Below, piece by piece: positions 56,556-64,000 of a stretch of DNA of 64,000 nt; position 1 is the first letter of the stretch, and each line of letters begins with the position of its first letter. The stretch is from an uncultured bacterium (GTDB taxonomy: Bacteria > Krumholzibacteriota > Krumholzibacteriia > LZORAL124-64-63). Both the position numbers and the translations under genes were made by a program. The notes under the pieces are model-generated. The model was given only the letters and a program-made list of their open reading frames with translations. It had not been told where the DNA came from and made no database searches. Location: positions 480,001-544,000 of the forward strand of contig CAVSGO010000007.1 of NCBI GenBank assembly GCA_963727525.1. Reading direction: 5' to 3'.

Positions 56556-58991
56556 ATGTGGAGTCCTCGGCATGCAATCGTCAGCTTCTTCCTGGCCGTC
56601 CTCGCCGCCACGGTGCTCTTCGGCTGCCGTGCCTTCCAGCCGGAGGCGGTGATCGTCAATCGTCCGCCGGAGACCTACATCATCGGATCGCCGGCGGAGA
56701 CGTCGGGCGCTTACTTCCATTTCCACGTGTACTGGTACGGTACCGACTCGGATGGATTCGTCGAGCGGTACGTGTGGGCACTGACGGATACGTCGATCCA
56801 GAAACCTGAAACCGACACGGACGAGGAAGACCAGAACTTCAATCCGGCCACCAATATCGGAACCCTGGCCATCGGGCGCTACACGACGAAGACCGACTCG
56901 ATCTTCGACTTCCAGATCAACCAGGGTTCGAATCTGAGCTACGACATGACGCTGCACATGGTGGCGATCGATGACCGCGGCGATTTCGACCGCACGCCGG
57001 CGCGGCTGCACTTCTTCAGCAATGCGCTCGGGCAGCCCGACATCACGTTCTATCGCAACGATATCGCGCCCGATCACGTGTTCGCCTATAGCGACACGAT
57101 CGCATACGGCGAGCCCCTGGTCCTGCGCTGGGCTGGTTCCACGCCCAACACCGCCTATTACGAGCCCGACCTGCTCGCGATGCGCGATACCGTACCCGAA
57201 GTGCTGCCGCCCGGACAGGCGCCCGACGGGCTGCTGGGCTTCAAGTGGTTCGTCGTGGGCGAGGGCGACTGCGACCCCTCGACCGCGGATTGCTGGAATC
57301 CCCGGCGCCTGAACGAAGCGACGGGCGATAGCTTCAGCGTTTTTGGCGACGTCAATCGGCTCGTGTTCCTGAACGACGGCTCGGCAAGCGGCGTCTTCGG
57401 ACGCAAGCTCAGGAGCGGCGTGCTCCAGGTGATGGTCAACACCATCGACATCGCCGGCGTCCAGGTGCCTCTCACCAGCCAGACGCTGAACATCGTCGTG
57501 AACTACGATCCCGATACCTACATGCTGCGCGGCGAGATGGATCCGGCATACAACGATACCTCGGTCTACCCCTACTACGTCGTGTTCCACGGCAACGATG
57601 CCGGCCGGCACATCGCCTTCGCGGAAGGGGATACGGTGCCGGACAATGCGTACGTCGTCTTCAAGGCGCTCGGCTGGGATGATCGCCGCGACGAGCGGGT
57701 GAGCGCGCAGAACCTCCTCAGCTTCCAGGGTCTCTACGAGGCCGTCGGGCTGTTCAACGGCACGAGCCCGTTCCCCTTCTCGGCGACCGCGAGCGATACG
57801 CACCGAACGCAGGAATGGACGGCCGCGGATCCCACGGAAGTCTCCTCGGACACCATCGGCTTCCTCGTTGGCCCCTTCGAGTACTCGATGATCATGCGTT
57901 CGGTCGACGAGCATGGACGCCGCGACGGCACCCCCGATACGCTCAGATTCGTCGGCAACTACCCGCCGTGCGTGCAGTGTATCGAGCTCTCGAATACGGC
58001 GAACCGGCCCACGTTCCAGTACCAGGGCGATTGCTACGATCATGCCTGCCTCGACCAGGAGACGGTGCTGCACGTCTATTTCGCGCCGAACACGACCGAT
58101 CCGACCCAGCTGACCAGGTCGGACAACCTGAGCAAGGTGTACTGGAACCGGGACACGGGAGACGTCACCTTCAATTCGCCGAGCGTGCCGGCTGGCTATG
58201 ATTCCACGCTGGCCTACAAGTATACCTACCGGGTCTACCTGCATGGCAAGGATCCGGAGCAGGAGCACTGGGCGCCCGGGCAGGCCATTCGCCGGATCGG
58301 CTCCTGGCGTTACCGGATCGACTACGCCGCGGACACCGGCAATGCCATCTCCGACGGCAGTGGCGGCGCTTCCGACAACCTCGATGCGCTCTCAGGGTTC
58401 AACCTCGCGGGAAATGACACCACGGCGGCCAGCGACCTGTTCATCTACCCGTCGACGGGAGTCTGGGGTGTGCGGGTGGCGGTGGGCGTGCCGTCCAGTC
58501 TGCTGTTCTCGGGGCCGGCCGGCTTGTGGGCGACCTTGCTGGACACGGCCAACGCGCCCGTCCCCGCCGGGACGACCCACGCGGATACCCTGGCCTGGCA
58601 GGCGCTGCCGGAGGTGCAGGATGCCTACGTATCCTGGCATCTCACGACGATGCAGTTCTCGCCGGGTACCGTTCGGGCCGTGGCCAACGATGCCGCGGTG
58701 ACGTGTGCGTACCGCCCGTCGTGGAACATGTATCACTATTTCGCGGGCGTGCGCCCGCCGGCGAACCATGGTCGGGCCTGCACCCGAGGTGTTTACGATC
58801 AACCCGGCGGCATCGTCGAGGACGGCGCGTTCGACCTCAAGGTCTTCGCTGCCGAAAGCAACCGGGGGGAACCGGTGGGCAAGCCGTTCCAGATCGTGGT
58901 CCACACCGGGGCGGGCGACTTCGTGGGAGGCGGCGATCCGCCGGGCTGGATTCCCGACGGCAAGTCTTCGGGGCGAGTCGCCTGGCGCTGA
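56556..58991 (+). CDS. Large lipoprotein with Ig-like 'NxPPET...WxGxDxDG...DxTP' repeats
   Basis: Lipobox VLFG-C; NRPPETYI, WYGTDSDGFVERYVW, VAIDDRGDFDRTPA, RSVDEHGRRDGTPD. Confidence 0.8.
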   Translation: MWSPRHAIVSFFLAVLAATVLFGCRAFQPEAVIVNRPPETYIIGSPAETSGAYFHFHVYWYGTDSDGFVERYVWALTDTSIQKPETDTDEEDQNFNPATNIGTLAIGRYTTKTDSIFDFQINQGSNLSYDMTLHMVAIDDRGDFDRTPARLHFFSNALGQPDITFYRNDIAPDHVFAYSDTIAYGEPLVLRWAGSTPNTAYYEPDLLAMRDTVPEVLPPGQAPDGLLGFKWFVVGEGDCDPSTADCWNPRRLNEATGDSFSVFGDVNRLVFLNDGSASGVFGRKLRSGVLQVMVNTIDIAGVQVPLTSQTLNIVVNYDPDTYMLRGEMDPAYNDTSVYPYYVVFHGNDAGRHIAFAEGDTVPDNAYVVFKALGWDDRRDERVSAQNLLSFQGLYEAVGLFNGTSPFPFSATASDTHRTQEWTAADPTEVSSDTIGFLVGPFEYSMIMRSVDEHGRRDGTPDTLRFVGNYPPCVQCIELSNTANRPTFQYQGDCYDHACLDQETVLHVYFAPNTTDPTQLTRSDNLSKVYWNRDTGDVTFNSPSVPAGYDSTLAYKYTYRVYLHGKDPEQEHWAPGQAIRRIGSWRYRIDYAADTGNAISDGSGGASDNLDALSGFNLAGNDTTAASDLFIYPSTGVWGVRVAVGVPSSLLFSGPAGLWATLLDTANAPVPAGTTHADTLAWQALPEVQDAYVSWHLTTMQFSPGTVRAVANDAAVTCAYRPSWNMYHYFAGVRPPANHGRACTRGVYDQPGGIVEDGAFDLKVFAAESNRGEPVGKPFQIVVHTGAGDFVGGGDPPGWIPDGKSSGRVAWR

Positions 58992-59081
58992 TGGTGTCGA
59001 CCACCGAGTCACGAGACGAATTTACGATGCGATAGACACGTCCGGATCCGCGTGAGAGCGGGTGCGGGAAGGAGCGAGGGG

Positions 59082-61604
59082 ATGAGCAAGCGAATCTTGG
59101 CCGGCAGCCTGGTGATCGCACTGGGAAGTCTGGGATTGCTATCCGTGGGGTGTAGCCCCGACTCCAATCTCGGTGGCGCGCCGGTGCCCAACGTGTCGCC
59201 CGATACGCAGATCACGGCGCGTCCGCCGGACCTGCTTGAGGGCTCATACTTGGTCGAGTTCTTCTGGACGGGATACGATCCCGAGGGCCGGGTCAAGGGA
59301 TACCAGTGGAAGCTGAGCACTAACGGCACCGACGGGATCAGCGTCCAGGATACGCTGACCTTCGATCCGGTCACAGGGGACACCCTCAATCCCTGGCACT
59401 TCACGGTGGCCACGGATACCACGTTGCTGGTGTCGGCGGACATCAACGATCTCCCGAGCGACGAGGACGGTCTGCACCGCGGTTACCAGACGCACACCTT
59501 CTTCGTGCGCGCGCTGGATGATCGGGGCGCCGTCGACAGTACTCCGGCCTACGTGAGCTTCACGGCGACGACGCTTCTGCCGCAGGTCACGATCGACGGG
59601 CCGACCGTCCTCGTCGACCAGGGCGAACCGAAGTTGCTCCCGCGGACGGTGACCATCTCCTACACTGGATCGGATCCTGATTTCAGCCTCGGGATCCCGA
59701 CGAAGATCCGGTTCCTGTGGAAGAAGGCGCTCCTGCCGAACGGAAGCTATGCCCAGGGCAGAGTCCAGGTGCAGGAGAACATCGACTATCTTGCATCCTT
59801 CGACGATTCGCTCTGGTCGAACTGGGAGCCGTTCCCGCGGATCGAGGACAATCGCCAGCATTCGTGGCCCGGCCAGGTTCGATTGGACGGTTTGGACATC
59901 ATCCGCTACATCATGGTGGCTCAAGTCCAGGACACGGCCGGCGCCGTCAGTATCGACCGCAGCTACGGCATCAACGTCGCCCATATCCAGATCAAAGACG
60001 ATTTCTCTCCTGCCCTGACGATCCAGGAGACGTATCTGCCGTCGATCATCGCGACGGGTCTCGATTTCCGACGCGACTTCGATATCGCCGCGGGGCAGCC
60101 CGTGACGTTCGAGTGGGGTGCGTCGGCGGAAGACTACCTTGGCAGGATCGTGTCTTACCGCTATGGCTGGGACCTCACCGACCCTGATGACCCGGACGAC
60201 CCGGGGTGGGCCGTGCTGCCCGGCAACGCGCCTCAGCATCGCCGGGCGCCGACGCGTGCGTTCGCCAGTGGCACGCACTCGCTGACCGTTCAGGTGAAGG
60301 ACAACTCGGATCAGACCACGCGGGCCACGATCAACCTGATTGTGGTTCCGGTGCCGGACCCGGCGTCCCAGAACCCGCTGCTACTGATCGACGATGTGTA
60401 CGACAAGGATTCCGGTAGCTGGCCGGGCCACGAGTCGCCTCCGATCCCGTATGACAACGACACGTACCGCGACCAGTTCTGGCTGCAGGCGCTGGACGGT
60501 CACGTGACGAACTTCGATCACCAGCGCGACATCTTCGATCTCGAAGAAGTCGGCCTCGCTTACCGGGACGTCGTGAAGTACAAGACGATCATCTGGGCGA
60601 GCAAGACGAACAGCACCAATTACGTCGTCCAGAATTTTCGTCCGTCGTCCTGGAACCAGGATCGCTTCAACTGGCTCACCTCTTACCAGGATCGCGTGGG
60701 CAACCTGCTCATTTGCGGCGCGCGCTCGATGATGAACTTCTTCTACGGCGTGGGCTCGGGCGCCTATGCGTTGCCCGTCATCTTCGAGTCCCGCGAGGGC
60801 TCGCCCGATGGTGGCTACACCGGGGCGGCGCCGGGTTATCGGGTCGGCTGGGGCCAGAAGGAACAGCCCGACGGCACGTTCATCCAGATCGGGCCGACAA
60901 GGTACGGAGCTGCGACGTGGGGCCTGAGTGTGGTCGACGTGATGGCGCCCTCGACGACGGACGTGATCTACGGTACGGATCCCCTCACGATCGCGAGGAT
61001 CGGCCGCAAGACGGCGTGCGTGGGGATCAAGGCGCTGGTGCTGGATCCGGACTTCAAGGCGCGCCACATGCCCGAGGGCGTGAACTTCCCCGACACGATC
61101 CCCACGGAGCCGTTGATCGACTGGCGCGACCTCGATCCCGCGTACTACAACAATCTCGTGCGTCCGTACAACTGGGGTGACGAGGAGTTCTACGATTCGA
61201 ACGTCGCGATCGCCCGGTCGACGTACTACCAGCTCCAGCAGTGCGAGAACAGCGAGATCGACTCGACGAAATTCTGCGTCGAACCCATGTTCCGGGGCCT
61301 GGCGCGGATCGACTGGATCCGTAAGAAGCACCTCGATGTCGATCCCAACGACACCTGGCCCCAGGGTTACTACTCGACGCCGATGGACGAGCTGTGCGGA
61401 CGGTACGCGCTCAACGACGTGAAGAACTCGGCGCGCACGAACAATCAGCCGATCGGCTTCCTGTCATACAAGACGTCCGTCAACAAGCCCAGCCAGGTTC
61501 CCGACATCTGCTGGGGCTTCGACCCCCACAGGTACGAACACACGGAGATGGCGAAGGCGATCCGGTGGGTGCTGGGTAGCCACTTCCGCCTCCAGGTGAA
61601 CTAG
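59082..61604 (+). CDS. Large lipoprotein, paralogous N-terminal Ig-like domain plus C-terminal alpha/beta domain
   Basis: GAGGGG RBS; lipobox SVG-C; NVSPDTQI, WTGYDPEGRVKGYQW, VRALDDRGAVDSTPA; PLLLIDD...YKTIIW...GNLLICG. Confidence 0.8.
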   Translation: MSKRILAGSLVIALGSLGLLSVGCSPDSNLGGAPVPNVSPDTQITARPPDLLEGSYLVEFFWTGYDPEGRVKGYQWKLSTNGTDGISVQDTLTFDPVTGDTLNPWHFTVATDTTLLVSADINDLPSDEDGLHRGYQTHTFFVRALDDRGAVDSTPAYVSFTATTLLPQVTIDGPTVLVDQGEPKLLPRTVTISYTGSDPDFSLGIPTKIRFLWKKALLPNGSYAQGRVQVQENIDYLASFDDSLWSNWEPFPRIEDNRQHSWPGQVRLDGLDIIRYIMVAQVQDTAGAVSIDRSYGINVAHIQIKDDFSPALTIQETYLPSIIATGLDFRRDFDIAAGQPVTFEWGASAEDYLGRIVSYRYGWDLTDPDDPDDPGWAVLPGNAPQHRRAPTRAFASGTHSLTVQVKDNSDQTTRATINLIVVPVPDPASQNPLLLIDDVYDKDSGSWPGHESPPIPYDNDTYRDQFWLQALDGHVTNFDHQRDIFDLEEVGLAYRDVVKYKTIIWASKTNSTNYVVQNFRPSSWNQDRFNWLTSYQDRVGNLLICGARSMMNFFYGVGSGAYALPVIFESREGSPDGGYTGAAPGYRVGWGQKEQPDGTFIQIGPTRYGAATWGLSVVDVMAPSTTDVIYGTDPLTIARIGRKTACVGIKALVLDPDFKARHMPEGVNFPDTIPTEPLIDWRDLDPAYYNNLVRPYNWGDEEFYDSNVAIARSTYYQLQQCENSEIDSTKFCVEPMFRGLARIDWIRKKHLDVDPNDTWPQGYYSTPMDELCGRYALNDVKNSARTNNQPIGFLSYKTSVNKPSQVPDICWGFDPHRYEHTEMAKAIRWVLGSHFRLQVN

Positions 61605-61617
61605 TCGTATGCAGGCA

Positions 61618-61652
61618 GGGTGCCGCGATCGCTCGGGCTGATCGCGGCACCC
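61618..61652 (+). terminator. 13-bp hairpin after the lipoprotein pair (terminator or stabiliser; no U-tract)
   Basis: GGGTGCCGCGATC/GATCGCGGCACCC perfect stem. Confidence 0.55.
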
Positions 61653-61670
61653 GTCGGACCGCCGCAACCC

Positions 61671-61699
61671 TTGACCCTCGTGACGTCAAAAGGTAGGCT
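61671..61699 (+). promoter_or_regulatory. sigma70-type promoter directly ahead of the ATG (possibly leaderless)
   Basis: TTGACC-17 bp-TAGGCT; ATG at 61705. Confidence 0.6.
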
Positions 61700-61704
61700 C
61701 TAGC

Positions 61705-64000
61705 ATGGTTTTCGGGATCTCAGGCAACCGGAGTATGGTGGGGTTTCTCGTGGCGTTGGGCTTGCTGGTGGCGGTTCCCGCAGCCGCGCAGGTCGATACT
61801 CTGTGCACCCTGCCGATGCCCGTTCCCCCGGCGAGCGACGTGTCGATCCAGCTGACCAACGGCCACAACGGCATGGGGGCCGTGCTCACGTGGCCGAACC
61901 TGCCGGACAATGCGTCCACCTGCGTGTCCGTGCTCGGCGTGGATTCCCTCGACATCGAGGTGACGGTGACGGGCGACTACGCGGATGAATTCGATCGTAT
62001 GCTCCAGTTCTCGTTCATGAATACGGGCGAGATCGGGTCGACGACGAATAACCGGGTCATTTGCAGGTGGCTGAACGTCAACTCCTCGCTCTCGGGACAT
62101 GTGGGCGGTGAGGTCAATCTCAGCAATACCGGCGGGCTCTGGCGCCGCGATCACGTGACCGGCGATTGGTCGCGGTTGGACGCCGGCTTCCCGCAGTACT
62201 TTGCCTATTTCAACATGGATGCCTTCGCGATGCTTCCGGACGGTTCGCGGCTGGCCGCGCTGAGCGCCGGCACGAATCCCGGAGTTTTCCCCAGGGGCCT
62301 GTACCGCGCCGTCGGCGACGGTGGCTGGCAGCCGATCGGGGCGAGCGTGTTCGGGCGCGCGCGGACGATCACGGCCGTGGCATTCGGCCCCGGAAGCAGC
62401 GACGCGATCGCCGTCGGCACGCAGAACTCGGGTCTGTTCATCTCGACGGATGGCGGCCAGACCTTCATCCAGTATCGCCGGGAACTCGCCCCCGGGTCGA
62501 CGGATTTCCCGCAGAACGGAGTCTACCGCATCCCAACGTTGACCTGGGAGGGGAACCGGCTGTGGGTCGCGGTAACCGCGTGGGACCTCTTCAGCACTGG
62601 CGACATGGGGCAGACCTGGACCCGCCATAGCGCACTGCGCGTGATCAGCGATCTCGAGGCGAATCCGCCGGTGACGGTTTTCCCATCGGTGAATCGGATC
62701 ACCGTCGATCCCGAGGACGCCTCGCACGTCTACGTGGGCCTCGAAAATCATGGTGTCTACGAGAGCGCCGACGGTGGCACGAGCTGGACTTCGCTGGGCG
62801 GCGACTGGATTGTCGTGGATCCCGATAATCCCGGAAGCTGGCGGCACAGCGTGCAGACGATCGCCGTGGATCCTGCAGACAGCCAGCATCTGGTGGTCGG
62901 AACCAAGCAGCAGGGGATCTGGTACACCCAAGACGGTGCGGCGCACTGGGCGCTGGCCACGACACCCGTGGACTCGTTGCGAGGCGCGGTGGTGAAGGTC
63001 GCCCGGCTTTCCGACGGCACCTACCGCGCCTTGAGGAACGGCGCTTACTTGGTGCGATCGGATGATGGTGGCGCCTCCTGGACGCAGATATCGACCCAGC
63101 TCGCCGACCGCAATGCTCTCGCCATGATCGTCGATGCCAGCGACAATCTGTTCGTGCCCACCTACGGCGCCGGCATCTACGCTTCGAACACGCCGATCGA
63201 GATCAGCAAGTCGATCCTTTCGACGGAAACGGATGCGGATCTGCTCGACCTCGATCTGGGGCTCTTCATCGCATTCGGCCCCGGACTGGTCCAGGGTCCC
63301 ACCGCGACGTCGCCGGGCCAGGATTTCCGCGTCAACGCCCAGGACTACCAGGGCTGGATCGTATGGCGGGCCAACGGCGGCGATCCCGACCGCATGGAGA
63401 TGATCGGTCGATACGACAAGACGAACCCCGAAACCTGCATCGTCGGATACTGCGGCGACGATAACTACTACCTCGAGCCGAATTGCTTCGCCGAACGCCG
63501 CGCCGCGTGTTTCGATTTCTCGCACCCGGGTACCGTGTCGTTCTATGACGGGGACGTCTTCAATGGCTTCTCGTATTACTACGCCGTCACGCCGTTCGAC
63601 TACGGGGACGTGTCGATGGTCTTCGACCCCGTGTCGATCAGCTCGCCGCTGCTGTTCCCTTCGCGCTTCCCGAACGATCCGTATGCCAGCGTCGCCGGCG
63701 ATGGTAACCGAAAGAGTTTGCAGGTGAACGCAACCGCGGCATTGCCCACGGAAGGCGGCGAGATCTACGTGTATCCGAATCCGCTACGGCGCAGCGCGGG
63801 CATCGCGGGATCCGAGGGTGAGGAGGTCGTCTGGACCAACCTGCCGCCTGATTCCCATATCGAGGTCTTCACGCTCGCGGGCGACCGCGTCGTGGATCTG
63901 CTGGGCGAGGCGCAGGTGGCCGGCAACATGTACTGGAACACCCGCAACGATACGGGCGAACTGATCGCATCGGGCGTCTACATGTGGCGATGCATCATGC
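61705..64000 (+). CDS. Secreted BNR/Asp-box beta-propeller protein with T9SS-type C-terminal domain (3' partial)
   Basis: Absent from the ORF track because it has no stop in the window. Read by hand: MVFGISGNRSMVGFLVALGLLVAVPAAAQ signal; Asp-boxes STDGGQTF, STGDMGQTW, SADGGTSW, SDDGGASW; YYYAVTPFDYG; IYVYPNP...IASGVYMWRCIM at the edge. Confidence 0.87.
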   Translation, partial: MVFGISGNRSMVGFLVALGLLVAVPAAAQVDTLCTLPMPVPPASDVSIQLTNGHNGMGAVLTWPNLPDNASTCVSVLGVDSLDIEVTVTGDYADEFDRMLQFSFMNTGEIGSTTNNRVICRWLNVNSSLSGHVGGEVNLSNTGGLWRRDHVTGDWSRLDAGFPQYFAYFNMDAFAMLPDGSRLAALSAGTNPGVFPRGLYRAVGDGGWQPIGASVFGRARTITAVAFGPGSSDAIAVGTQNSGLFISTDGGQTFIQYRRELAPGSTDFPQNGVYRIPTLTWEGNRLWVAVTAWDLFSTGDMGQTWTRHSALRVISDLEANPPVTVFPSVNRITVDPEDASHVYVGLENHGVYESADGGTSWTSLGGDWIVVDPDNPGSWRHSVQTIAVDPADSQHLVVGTKQQGIWYTQDGAAHWALATTPVDSLRGAVVKVARLSDGTYRALRNGAYLVRSDDGGASWTQISTQLADRNALAMIVDASDNLFVPTYGAGIYASNTPIEISKSILSTETDADLLDLDLGLFIAFGPGLVQGPTATSPGQDFRVNAQDYQGWIVWRANGGDPDRMEMIGRYDKTNPETCIVGYCGDDNYYLEPNCFAERRAACFDFSHPGTVSFYDGDVFNGFSYYYAVTPFDYGDVSMVFDPVSISSPLLFPSRFPNDPYASVAGDGNRKSLQVNATAALPTEGGEIYVYPNPLRRSAGIAGSEGEEVVWTNLPPDSHIEVFTLAGDRVVDLLGEAQVAGNMYWNTRNDTGELIASGVYMWRCIM

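Overview
High-GC (about 68-70%, estimated by eye) bacterial chromosome window. The gene content suggests an FCB-superphylum lineage such as Krumholzibacteriota/Latescibacterota (inference from the PorV-like barrel, several secreted proteins with 'PNPFNP...SGVY' C-terminal domains, and glyQ/glyS). Housekeeping blocks: tdk, btpA, rmlA, rmlB, ggt, mutY, Rrf2 regulator, rlmN, lpxH-like, degQ, a short sigma70 factor, M23 peptidase, amidase, ybbR-like, hisS, aspS, phoH, a 7TM-HD hydrolase, ybeY, CNNM, mgtE, recO, glyQ and glyS. These alternate with large secreted or surface proteins: two tandem M6 metalloprotease/FG-GAP paralogues, an M6 pseudo-protease next to porV, a probable major surface protein, two Ig-repeat lipoproteins and a BNR-propeller protein. 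The most striking region is 17.9-25.6 kb. A small secreted acidic peptide gene is followed by a 1033-aa TPR-GAF-AAA+ sigma54 activator. An AT-rich enhancer (phased palindromes, IHF-like sites) and a -24/-12 promoter then drive a highly base-paired ~315-nt non-coding RNA. A second sigma54 promoter precedes a lipoprotein/DUF4384 operon, which is trailed by a second structured RNA. I propose this is a peptide-sensing sigma54/sRNA signalling circuit that I do not recognise as described. No CRISPR array, rRNA, tRNA or mobile element was recognised.
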